This document shows positions 11,101 to 29,700 of a DNA stretch of 38,629 bases, in pieces. The stretch covers positions 1,110,820 to 1,149,448 of the forward strand of contig JAWQFM010000022.1 of assembly GCA_033442325.1 (NCBI GenBank), read 5' to 3'. Below the pieces are notes generated by a model. That model did no database searches. It saw nothing but the letters and a program-made list of their open reading frames with translations, and was not told where the DNA came from. The translations under genes and the position numbers were made by a program. Positions within the stretch are counted from its first letter, which is position 1. Each line of letters begins with the position of its first letter. This DNA comes from Salpingoeca rosetta. Taxonomy: Eukaryota > Protista > Choanoflagellata.

Positions 11101-12364
11101 CACCTCAAGCGCCTTCTCAAGAGCCATCTCGTAACCCTCAATGACCTCAGGAGGCGAGAGACCCTGAATGACAAGGCAGTTGAGTAGTGGAGGTGGCGGC
11201 ATGTGAGGGCTGTGAAAAGGCCATGATAGGACAAAGTGGGCATCTATCTCATGGGAACCGCGAGTGACGAAGCACCGTAACCAGTGACTGCGGGTGACGG
11301 GATCGTAGGCAACGACAGAAGCAGTCAACTTTACCACGTAACACAGCATGTAATCCTGTCAGCACGCACACCCACAAACGCACACCCACACACACACACA
11401 CAAACGCAAGCACGTACACACGCGAAGCGCACCATGCGGAGAAGCGTCTCGGCCTTCTCGAGCATTTTGCCGGCGAGGATGATGACCAGGTTGGTGGCAT
11501 CACCGGCCTCGTGCTCCTGCTGCTGCGACGCGAGCACAACAAGCCTGGCAGCTGGGTGTTCAACCTGGGGGGGGGGGTGAGGAAGCAGGGGCGGAGAGGG
11601 TTGAGGGTGAGAGTGGCGTGAAGGGAAGGGAAGGAATGAGATGAACAGTGACATGCGATCGTGAATACAGAAAAACACCTCTCGAGCAATCAAGCAACGT
11701 AGACACACACACACACAACGCAAACGCACGCAACGACAATAAAGAGGCACCGGCCACACCAAGAGGACAGCATCACAACAAACACATATCTTCATCATCA
11801 TCATCAACAACAACCACAACAACCACACGCACCGACTATCAGAAATCACGACCACGTCATCAAAGATATGCGCATAGAGACAGGCACACATGCAGGCGAG
11901 CCGTTTGCGGACCTCGAGCTCCTTGATGATGGTCGCTGCGTCGTTTGTGACAAAGAGCTTGTCAAGATGGTTGAGGATCATCTTGTTCATGCCGTTGGGG
12001 CCAAAGGACGTGCGCACAATCTGAGCAATCTCCTTGCAGGCACCGATGTTGCGGTACACGGCCTCCTCCATACCGGAGTAGTGCTGTCATCATTGATGTG
12101 CGAATTGGAAATGAGGGTAGGATAACGGGCAGACACAGCGGAGTGAGCAAGTGACAACGGTGGACACCGCGTCAGCGACCGCACAGGTAACACATCTGCC
12201 ATATCTCCAAACGCACAGCCATCGCGAACGAACACGTAATCGCAGCACAACGAAAGAGCATGAAGCATCAAACAACGAAACATGAGGGTGATGTGGCGCG
12301 TACGTACCTTGGCACCAGACTTCATCATGGTCTGGAGACCAACTTTGGGGACGTGCAGCGCCAT
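7454..12364 (-). CDS. CCT8: T-complex protein 1 subunit theta (CCT8), 11 exons, about 547 aa
   Basis: Exons 12364-12308, 12083-11913, 11564-11433, 11163-11053, 10833-10753, 10572-10357, 10085-9786, 9579-9498, 8797-8648, 7955-7681, 7522-7454 (1644 nt). N-terminus MALHVPK...HYSGMEEAVYRNIGACKE...GPNGMNKM...VTNDAATI; internal NVDNVRIVKI and FLPGGGATEIELA; C-terminus DQIIMAKKAGGPKPPKQNPNWDED. All are theta-subunit signatures. Confidence 0.98.
8201..8365 (-). ncRNA. Candidate box H/ACA snoRNA in CCT8 intron 9
   Basis: Sense to host. Hairpin 1: ACUGUCAA/UUGACAGU lower stem and AACGGGCAGCAGGG/CCCUGUUGCUCGUU upper stem. H box AUAUCA at 8289-8284, then a small hairpin CAACC/GGUUG. Hairpin 2: CUGCC/GGCAG and ACAUGG/CCAUGU. 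ACA at 8206-8204, exactly 14 nt below the pocket apex. Confidence 0.65.
8424..8507. repeat. Two-copy direct repeat (about 40 bp, period 44) in CCT8 intron 9
   Basis: GGAGGAAGT(T/G)GTGGCAAGTCGAGCGAAAGTAGTGCGAAA occurs twice. Confidence 0.85.
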
Positions 12365-12649
12365 GACTGGTTTGATCAGAAGCGGTGGTGGTGTGGTGGG
12401 GAGGGAGGGGGTTGTTGGTTGAGGTGGAGTGGGTGGCAAGGTGTGTGTGGTAGGTTGTTTGCCAAGTTGTTGTTGTTTGGTGGGTTGTTTCGCTGTTGCC
12501 ACAAGAATATCCACGTGAAAGGAAAATCCAAAAATATCTCTCGTGAAAAATCCATCGCCAGGTGTACATGCCATATCTTTCATCACAAATCGACAACGGC
12601 AACGGCATATAAACAGGACAACCGATGGGCTAGAAATAGGTTGACAGTT

Positions 12650-12682
12650 ATGTGTGTGTGTGTGCGCGCGTGTGTGTGTGTG

Positions 12683-12747
<65 letters not shown>
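12650..12747. repeat. Intergenic (TG)n-rich tract between the SDR39U1 3' end and the CCT8 promoter
   Basis: Directly visible. Confidence 0.9.
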
Positions 12748-12750
<3 letters not shown>

Positions 12751-12894
12751 AAGAGGCTGGGCCGCAGCGACGACAGAGATAGAGACAAAGAGACGCACAA
12801 CGTCACAAACAAGACAAACGAGCAAACACAAATGACCGAACAGACAAGCAAAGCAGGCGAGCACAGGAAGGCAAGGTGGTGTTCAGGGTGCTTT

Positions 12895-13304
12895 CTATGC
12901 GTTGACGACGACGTCGTGCATGGCTTTGTCGATGGTGGGGAAGGAAAAGGTGAACCCGGAATCAAGGGCCTTGCGAGGCACGACGCGTTGGCCGCACAGC
13001 AGCATGGTGGCCAGGTCTGGCCCAAAGAGCGCCCTGATCACAAACGCGGGCATGGGCACAATTGCAAACCGGTGCACGGCCTTTGCAAAGGCTTGCGTGT
13101 ACTCTGCATTGGTCGCCACGGTTGGCGCAACCTGCCGCGGGTCGAGTTGAGGAAGGGAGGGAGGAGGAAATGAGTGGAGGGGGGAGAAGAGAGTGAGTTG
13201 GAGAAGGTGTGGGGGCGTAATGGAAGAGTCGAGAAGGAAGGGCAGATGCACAAGCCACAGCGACTGTAGCGATTCAGGAGACACACATACACACATGCAA
13301 ACAG

Positions 13305-13353
<49 letters not shown>

Positions 13354-13665
13354 AGGTTGACGGGCCCTTGCAGGGATTCTGTCTCCATGGCGTGAATGTA
13401 CATGTTGACCACGTCCTGGATATGACACCAGGGGAAGAGCTGCTGTCCAGAGCCAAAAGGTCCACCCAATCCCTGATGGCCAGTGAATGGTGGTGTGTGG
13501 ATGGACAAACGTCGCGAATGCGTGAACAAGGGCACGGGTGTGCAGTGTGCAGTGTGGAGTGTAGGGTGTGTGTGGGGGCGGTTGGGAGACCAAGCCAGGA
13601 CGAGAGCACGTACGCACGCTTTGCATGCAGTCGCAACGGCATGATCAAACGCACAAAGTGTACGA

Positions 13666-13724
<59 letters not shown>

Positions 13725-14928
13725 AAGAGGAAAGGGAGCTTGGCTTGGGCAACGACGCCACCATCGGGGGCAAGGACAGCGCCCGTGCGCATGGCCACGT
13801 GGCGAACCCCTGCACCGACAGCAGGCTGTGCCGCCGCCTCCCACTCCCGAACAAGCTTGGCAAAGAAGTCCGAGCCACACGCCGCACTCTCATCCACTTC
13901 CGGCGACGCCTCGGCTGTGGGGAAGGCGGGATACACACCCACGCCGCTTGCCGTCACAAACACCTGGCGAAAGAGTGGGCGGTGGAAGGTTAGGTGCGAT
14001 GAAGCCATGCATGAGGGCAGATGGGGGGGGGGAGGAATAGAGAGTGGTAGAGAGAAGTGTCGGTGGACACGAAGTAAAGATGACATTGAGGTGGGCTGTG
14101 CCACGTTCGACGTGAATGCAAAGCGACATAGCATATGTCGGTACAACACAGGGACAGAGTGGGAGACATAGATAGTGATATACAGGCAGACAGGCAGACA
14201 GATGGACAGACAGAGAGACAGCGATAGAGAAGGCGGGAAACACGCACACACGCATGCACACGCATGCACACACACACACGCATACACACGCATGCACACG
14301 CACGCACGCACGCGCATCACGCACACATACACACAGATGCACACAGATAACGTCTCAACAACAATCTGTCAGCTTGTGGCTCATACCTTTGGCTTTGGGG
14401 AAGCAGCAGCGATGGCCTTGCTCAGCAGTGATGTTGTGGAGATGCGGCTGTCTAGGACTTCGGTGGCGGCGGCGTCTGACCACCGCTTGGCCAGGTTCAA
14501 GACGCTGGCACCGGCAAGATTGATGACCGCATGGCACTCCGGCAAGCCGTCGCGTTCCACCTATGCGGAGTGCAGTTGCATTGAGAGTGTGTGTGAAGGA
14601 GTGGGCTTGAGTGACGGTGTGTGTGTGTGTGTGTGTATGTGTGTGTGTGTGTGAAGGAGAGATTGCGCCTGTGTATGTGTGTGTGTGTGAGAGAGAGAGT
14701 GCATGTCACAGCCCCAAGACATGCGTATGTCACAGCCCCAAGACATGTCACAGCGCGGACCTCTTGCCAGGTGATTTGTTCGGAGGTTGCTGACTGTGGC
14801 TGCTGTTGCTGTGGTTTGCGGGAGATGATAACGACGTCGTACCCGCGAGCAGCAAGCGCCTTGGTCAGGTGTTTCCCTACCAAGCCCGTGCCACCGCCGA
14901 CCAGCACCCTGCGCACCCCGCTGCTCAT
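12895..14928 (-). CDS. SDR39U1: Epimerase family protein SDR39U1 (TIGR01777/YfcH-like), 5 exons, about 312 aa
   Basis: Exons 14928-14761, 14560-14387, 13963-13724, 13472-13353, 13131-12895, all phase 0. Motifs: VLVGGGTGLVG (Rossmann), AVINLAG, SRISTT, SGVGVY, LVREWE, RTGAVL, GLGGPFGSGQQLFPWCHIQD, GPVNLVAP, GQRVVP...GFTFSFP (DUF1731). Confidence 0.95.
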
Positions 14929-15236
14929 GATGGTGGTGTTGTTTGTTGTGGTTGCAATGGCGGTGCTGCTGATGTTCGTGAACAATGTCCGGTTTTTGTC
15001 GTTGTTGTTGTCGTTGTCGTCGTTGTTGTTGTGGATTCTTGCTTCTTCCTTGCTTGCTGCTTGCTTGTTTTCAATGTCTGTTGTGATTGTGGTTGTTGGT
15101 TGTCACGATGATGACGATGCAGCAACACGCTACGCACGAGGGGTATGAACAGTACAAGGAGACATATTCGCTCACTCACGCACATAGCACACAAGTAGCA
15201 CATTCAAGCAAACAAGAGCGCCTGGTGTTTTCCTGT

Positions 15237-19489
<4,253 letters not shown>

Positions 19490-19897
19490 GGTGCCTGTGT
19501 GTGGTGTGTATTGGTGGTGCGCGGATGTGTGTCTGCCAAAAAGGTGAAAGCGGTTGTGAATGTTGTCTCTTCTTCGTTGTCGTCGTGTGCTTTTGCTGAC
19601 GCTGCATTTGCGTGTTTGCTTGTTTGCCAACAACTCGTGACGTGTGATGTGAGGTGTGATGAGGTGTGATGTGCAGTGCAGTGCTTCCACTGTGCTCTCA
19701 TGCACGTGCTCTTGCCTGTTGTGCTTGGGTGTGCTTGGTTTGCGTTCACTTATGTGGGTTGCTGATACACGAGGGTAACACGGGCAAGAGAGCGCCGAGA
19801 ACCAGCACGGCGGCGGTTGGAGATGCCGTGCAAGCCAGCGCGACGTGAACGCTTGGAGTGTGTTCGACGCCACAACAGCGCATGAGCCACAGCCACG

Positions 19898-23121
<3,224 letters not shown>

Positions 23122-23781
23122 CTCACTCACGACAACATAAGTAGGCAAATTGCGCACTCAGCAGTTTTGTTGGAGGGCTCGATGACACACACAAAAACGA
23201 CTGATTGGGTTGTTGTGTGCGTGGGTGTCATGGCGCTGATACAACCAGACAACCCGCAGTCCTTGCAGCTGGTTGCTTGTCAGACGAAAGGAAGAAGCGA
23301 ACAAGCAAGACAAGACACCGCACAGGCCACAGGCAGCAGGAGGGACGACGTTGCGCATGGGAAACAAAAAAATACAGTCACACCATGGAGCGTGACAAAC
23401 GCTGTGTCGCTGTGTCGCTTTGGGCCCTTTCCTTCGGTCGTAAGTCAAAACGGCTTTTGTTGTGATTTATCTCTCTCGCCCTCTCACCGGCCGCACACAC
23501 ACACACACACACACAGACACACACACAGACACACACACACAGACACACACACAGACACACACACACACACACACACACACTGGTTCTCTCCTTGTGCAGC
23601 TGCAGGTGGCCGTGTTGTTCTGAGTCGCACTCTTTGCACTTCATTTCTCTGCCCTTCACTCCTCGTCAAGCCAGCACCTCCCTTCCCTCCTTCCAGTCTG
23701 CCAAGCGACGACACTTGAAGGCTCAAGCGGCGACTGCGAGCACACACTACACAAAACGCATTCGCTTCTTTTCCGCACAAA
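23122..23781. promoter_or_regulatory. 660-bp divergent intergenic region between the UPF0052 and RNF213-like genes (contains a CA/CAGA tract at about 23494-23580)
   Basis: Head-to-head ATGs at 23121 (-) and 23782 (+). Promoter function is inferred from position only. Confidence 0.45.
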
Positions 23782-26700
23782 ATGGACGACGAACCGAAAC
23801 AGCAAAACCCTGTCGACTCAGGGGAGGACAGGCATCCGCCAGACACATCTTCCCTGACTGCGACCCATGAAATGGACACCCAACATGCGGGACGAGCAGC
23901 TTCGACAGATATCACGCCAGTCTCAAGCCAGTCAACAGCACAAGATCACGCAGGGCAGCAAACGCAGCAGCAACCCGCCGTAGATGCGACTAACCTTCTA
24001 GCCGCTTTGCAGAACCCCGCGACATTGGCCTCGCTCTCACCAGAGCAAATGCAGGTCGCAATGGCAACACTTCAAGCGCACATGACGCGCACCCAGACAC
24101 ACCAAACCCAAGACCCAAGGTCTAATCAGCACGAGAATGTCAGTGCCGTTGACCGTGGACATCCGCAACCATTAAATGCGCAACAACAGCCAGAACACTC
24201 ATGCAGCCAGCAGCTTCCCGCGACTGTCCAGCCACCACTACCACAACACCCAAATTCGGGAAGGACCACCAACTTCCCAGCCGTCAGAGGTGTGCTGGAA
24301 ACAACCACGTCGCTGATGGGAGCACCGCACAGCCACTCCAAGGCTCCTCCACCATTCGCAACAGGCAACAGTGGCCCTGTTTTGACTGCAGGTATTCGAT
24401 CCCTCGCTGTTTTGTGTGCATGTCCCTGCCCTGACCCTGCAAGCAACACCGTGCGCGTTGCCTCGCCTTCTCATTTGGAAACAAGCTCACAGCAACATGG
24501 GGGGTTGTTCTTGCTTGATTCTCGCTTTGCAGCTGGTACTCAGGCAAGCGCGACAGTGTCGTCGCACGCACAACGCACCCGCGACGTTCACGTAGTAAGT
24601 TGTACACAATCCCACTCCAATAGAATGGCACACCATCTCATCCTATGGCCGCTCTGTTGCTGTTGTTTGCAGAACATGCGTGCACACTCACCCTCCTTTC
24701 TGACGGCAGCTCACACCGCCACGTTTCGTCGCCCTGTTCCACAGCACGTGCACGTGATGGAGAGACGCCGACAAATCATCCACATGCTCGGAGGCCATCC
24801 TGCTTTTGGCAGATGTTGCGACGCAGACGGCAAGGGAAAGTGGCTGCCAAACGCCGAAACACGGCTGCCAGAGCAACATGACGATGATGACAATGACAGT
24901 GATGATGTTGACGATGATGATGATGATGATGAGGAGGAGGAGGAGGAGGAGGAGTTGCGTGACGCAAGGTCCACCCTGGGGGTTGGTCGGCCGTCCAGAC
25001 CAAGGCAACAATGGAAGAAGGGAAACAGCAAGAGCAAGGGCAAGAACAAGAAGAAAGGCACGAAGAAAGGCACGAAGAAGCACAGGGGGTGTCGGACCAC
25101 GCACCAAACCCGCTCGGCCTTTCTCAGCAACCGCGGCAGTGACTACAGCTACTACACCAAGGATTTCATCCTTCGTGTTCCCAGCCCCACAACCATCCCA
25201 TACAAGCTCTTCAAGAAATCAACATTTCCAGAGTGGCAGCCTGGTTACGACAGAGTCGTTGTAATCGAGGATGACAAGACTGCGCACGTGCACGTGTTCA
25301 GCGATTTTGCAACAGACAACCAGCAGCTCCATGCAAAGGCAATTCGCTTCTTCATCCAGCGGTTTCTGCGCCGCGACGACAACGACGGCGCGCTGCGTGC
25401 CCTGCTGAACATGACATCAATGCACGTACTCATGGACGACGTGCTGAATGACACCGCACTCATTAAGGCTCTGACGGGTCACCAGGTGCTGCGCTTGCTC
25501 ACGATGATTGATACTAGCAGTCTGGTTGGCGAGTTGCAGTCACGGCAGGGTCACCCCAGCACGCGAGTCCTGATCCAGCGCGCTCTCGTGTCCGATCCCA
25601 ACACGATTCAACTCTTCTCCGCCAACAACCCCAACCTTCTGCACGACCACCTGCAGCTGCTGGCTGCCCTCATCAACACGAGTACCAGCAGCACTTACTC
25701 CTACGACAGGGACGCCGGATACAATGACTTGTGCTTTGTCATCCTCGTTCTGGGGCTCGCCCCAAACTTTGAGGCAGAGAAGCTCAAGCACAGGGCCGAG
25801 CTGCCCACCACCAACAGCAGCAGCAACACCAACTCACACGACGACCACGACGACCACGACGACCACGACCACGACCACCACAGCAACGGCGGCAGCAGCA
25901 GCAGCTCCGTCGAGTACAGCCAGGACGACATCTTGGATGCCGCTGATTTCGTGCAGAAGTACCACGAGACGATCCACATCAGCGCCGACACGATGATGTG
26001 GCTCGCTGCTCGCGCAATCCTGGCACAACTGACACCCAAAGATGCCATCTTCTTCGCTGCAACTCACCCGGCGAGCAAGGTGCTGAGCGAACACGACCCC
26101 AGCAAGTTTGGCAGGGTGGTGCGCACTGCTCTCACCAACACTGGCGGCAAGGGCACCAAGAAGAAGAAGAAGAAGAAGAAGCGGGCTGCGGGCACATCGG
26201 GCGCCTACCTCAAGTACATGTCCACGCTGCCACAGGCGCAGGAGCACATCTTCGACGTGTGGCTGAGCCAGCTGCCATCGATTGGCAACGACGCGGACCA
26301 CCCGCTCGCAAAGGGTGCGATAAAGCTGGCAACGTCGGCGCAACTCACATCTGACCAGCGGGGGCGGCTCATGCAGATGCTCATGAACAACACACGAAGC
26401 AGCATGTGCCGTCTCATTCTTGGTTCTGTTCTTCATATCATCCCGGACCACCTCACGCCCGTGACGGTCATCGCGGGCATGTGGAGTGTGGTGTCGCCAG
26501 CAGAGGTTGAGACAGGCCTGCGCACCTGGCTGAAGGAAGAAGCAACCAAGATGCGAGTCGTCACCGTGGACGACCCTGACTCTGACACCAGTGGTGCATC
26601 GTCGTCGTCATCGCGCAGCCCAGCCACATCTGCTTCTGCCACTGTCTTCACCAGTCGCCGCAATCGAAACGGCAAAGGCAGGGCACGTCGTCGGCACCGA

Positions 26701-29700
26701 CAACGTGCCCAACATCAGCAGCACCACCAGCAGCACCACCAGCAGCACCACCAGCATCAGCAGCCACGCATCAAGACGGTGAAGGAGCTGAGTGTTCGCT
26801 CACTCATTCATTTAGCCGTCCAGCTTGAAGACACACTACGCGAGCAGCTTGGTGTAATCAGCAGCATACCAGCTGGCAGACCGGCTGAGGTGGCAGCACG
26901 CATGCACAAGTTCAAGCCCATTTACCTGCTCGCCGGCGACTGCGTGGAAGAGAGCAACGTGCCCCTCGTTGCCTTCTTCCAACAGCTGATTGCCGCCTCA
27001 AGTGAAGACGGCATCCAGTTGACCGAGAAGGGAACGACACCAAACCATCTCTTTGGTCTTGCTGCGAACCGCGCTGTTGCTCTCGCCCGGCAGCACCGCC
27101 AGGCCGGTGATGAAGAGCTGTGCAACCTGCTCAAGGTGTTGCGAACCGCCGCTCGCCAGAACGACAGCCATCACGACATGTTCCGCCGCGTTGGCGTGGA
27201 CATGTTGTCAGAGCTCACCATCCCGCAAACCTTCAAGGATGTTACTGATCAACCTGCGTTGTGGCGGCTGGTGCTCAACATGCGCTCGCCACGCGATTGG
27301 CGGCAGACGCAGCCGGCAGTGTCAGCACGACAGACCCTGGCCCGCGAATACGAGGCGTGGCGTGACCTCACCAAGACGCCAGCCGACATGGCAGTGTTGT
27401 TTCCACCGGCGCAGGAGCCTGGCAGAAGACTGAGTAAAATCCACACCCTTGCGAACCTTCTGGCCATCGTGGCACCATCTGATCAAGAAGAGCTTCTTGT
27501 CCTGATTCAGGAGGCATTGAGTGTGTACGACCAACTTTGTGACGAACGTTGGACGGTGTACAGCTTGCACAAGTTCGCCTCAGACATCCTGCCTTCGAAT
27601 CCCTGGGTGGCCAGTTTGCCTGCCACGCTGGAAACGTGGCTGACGGAGCCACTCAGTCAAGTCAATGACAGCAACCGCTGGAACACTGCCGAAAACATCT
27701 TGAAAGAGAGCAGAGATTTGCTTACAGCACTTCACCAGCGCGCCAACAGCCACACGTTTCGAAGGATGCTCGCGACAGAAATGGCCTCAGTGCATTCATC
27801 ATACACCCCAGCCACACCATCAGCAAGCGACGCAAGCGAGACAAACGAGAGCAATGAGAATGACGACTCCGGCCTCTCCGAAACCACGACATCAACCTCA
27901 ACAACAGCCGCATCGCCATCACCACCACCGTCATCGCCATCAACAGCTCGCGCTGACGATGAGCAGGTCATGACAGACGCGAAGCGGGAGGTGGAACAGG
28001 TGCTCAAGACTGCGGACAAAGTTAAGACTCAACACACACGCTTGTTCAACAACCTTCGAAGCAGTACTCAGCTGTCTGATCTTCACATCATGTGGGGAGG
28101 GCTCACGCGCGCGCAGGTGGAGCACGACATGACACTGCTGTGTACAATCATTGGCCACCCATCTGAAGTCCGTACACGGGGCCCGTTCGCGCAATTGACC
28201 AAGCAGCTCATCAGCTATGCTGAGCAGCGTCATTATGCACAGCGCGCAGAGCAACTCAACCGAGTGTTACACGTGTGCAGGCCGTTCTTCGTCACGCCAG
28301 TTTCGAAGCTTACCAGTGCCATCGACGCGGTGCTGGACGTGGATGACTCACAGACACTCCGCCACCTGCACACGGCTGTGCAGGACGTGCAGTCACATGT
28401 CCCTGACGATCCCGACGTGTGGGAGGTGCTTGGTGAGATGGCCGACGCAGGCAACTTGCTCGAGTTTCTGCGAGAACAAGAGGGCGACATACGTCACTAC
28501 ACGGCGAGCGCGGACACATTTGGTTCCGACGCATACATGGCCACCGCAGAGCAGGTCAACGCCTTCATCTTGTTGCACTCGTTCATGTTCCCGCTCATCA
28601 ACGCTGACACAAAGGCGAAGGACCTGGAGGACTTTCTTCGTCTTCTCAGCCAGCGCTTTCACCAGAGCCAGGGCCATGCTGCATCCTCCTCGGGAGCAAC
28701 ATCAGGTTCGGCGTCGTCGTCAGCATCATCGGCACGTCAGCCAGACCGCCTACCGCTGTCGCAACTGCTGCGCATCTGCAACCAAGGCCTGGAGGCGCTG
28801 CAGCTGTTTGTGAACACGCTGAGCGACCGCGGTGCCGCTGCCCGCGAACGCATTCGCCTCGTTGTTGATCCCTCCGTCGAAGGCGCACGCATCGTGTTCA
28901 GGTGCGACTCGCTCCGCCAGACCGCAAGCTACCACATCTGCATCCGCCACAGGAGCGAGGACATTGAGTTGTCGGAGCGCGACGTGAGCGACCTGCGTGC
29001 GCGCGCGTGCCTGCTGTCCACAGACCAGGACCAGGACGTGCGTGTGCACATGCAGCGGTTCAGGGATTTGGTGGAAGGCGTCGAGTTGGCCATGGCAGAG
29101 CTGAAGCAGCTGGCGGAGAGCGGACACCTTGAAGAGTTCAACTGCTACACGCACGCAATGGCGGTGCAGGGCGCCAACCTGAAGGACTACAGGAATGCAC
29201 TGCAGACCCGCCTCCTGCTGTGGACGGAGCGCTTGAAGGAGATGCGCGAGCACTATGACGTACTCAACATCTTTTCCAACCGCCAGCTGGTGGTGCTGTT
29301 CCATGCACTCGTGCAACCACACGAGCACCACGATGAGGAGCTGGTGCAGGAGCGAGACCAGCTGCTGCTGGCCATGCTCGGTCCCCACGCCGACGTGCAC
29401 CAGGTGTCGCTGTTTGTGCGCGATGGGCTCAACAGCATGGGTGCATGCGATGACAACGTGCACCGGCTGAGCGAGCTGCTGGCGATGCTCAAGTCGCTCA
29501 TCGATGCGCCGCCACCACGCGCCCTTCGCCCCTCTGGAATGATTGACGAGAGCATGCTGCCGCCGTTCCGCCACGCTGCCAAGCACGATCTTGTGCGGGT
29601 GCTGCTGTCTGAGGACGATCGCACGACCGCCGCCTCCATCCTGGCCGCATTCACGGACGCCAACCTGGAGTACCTGCCTGCGCAGTGCCTCTTCTGCTCC

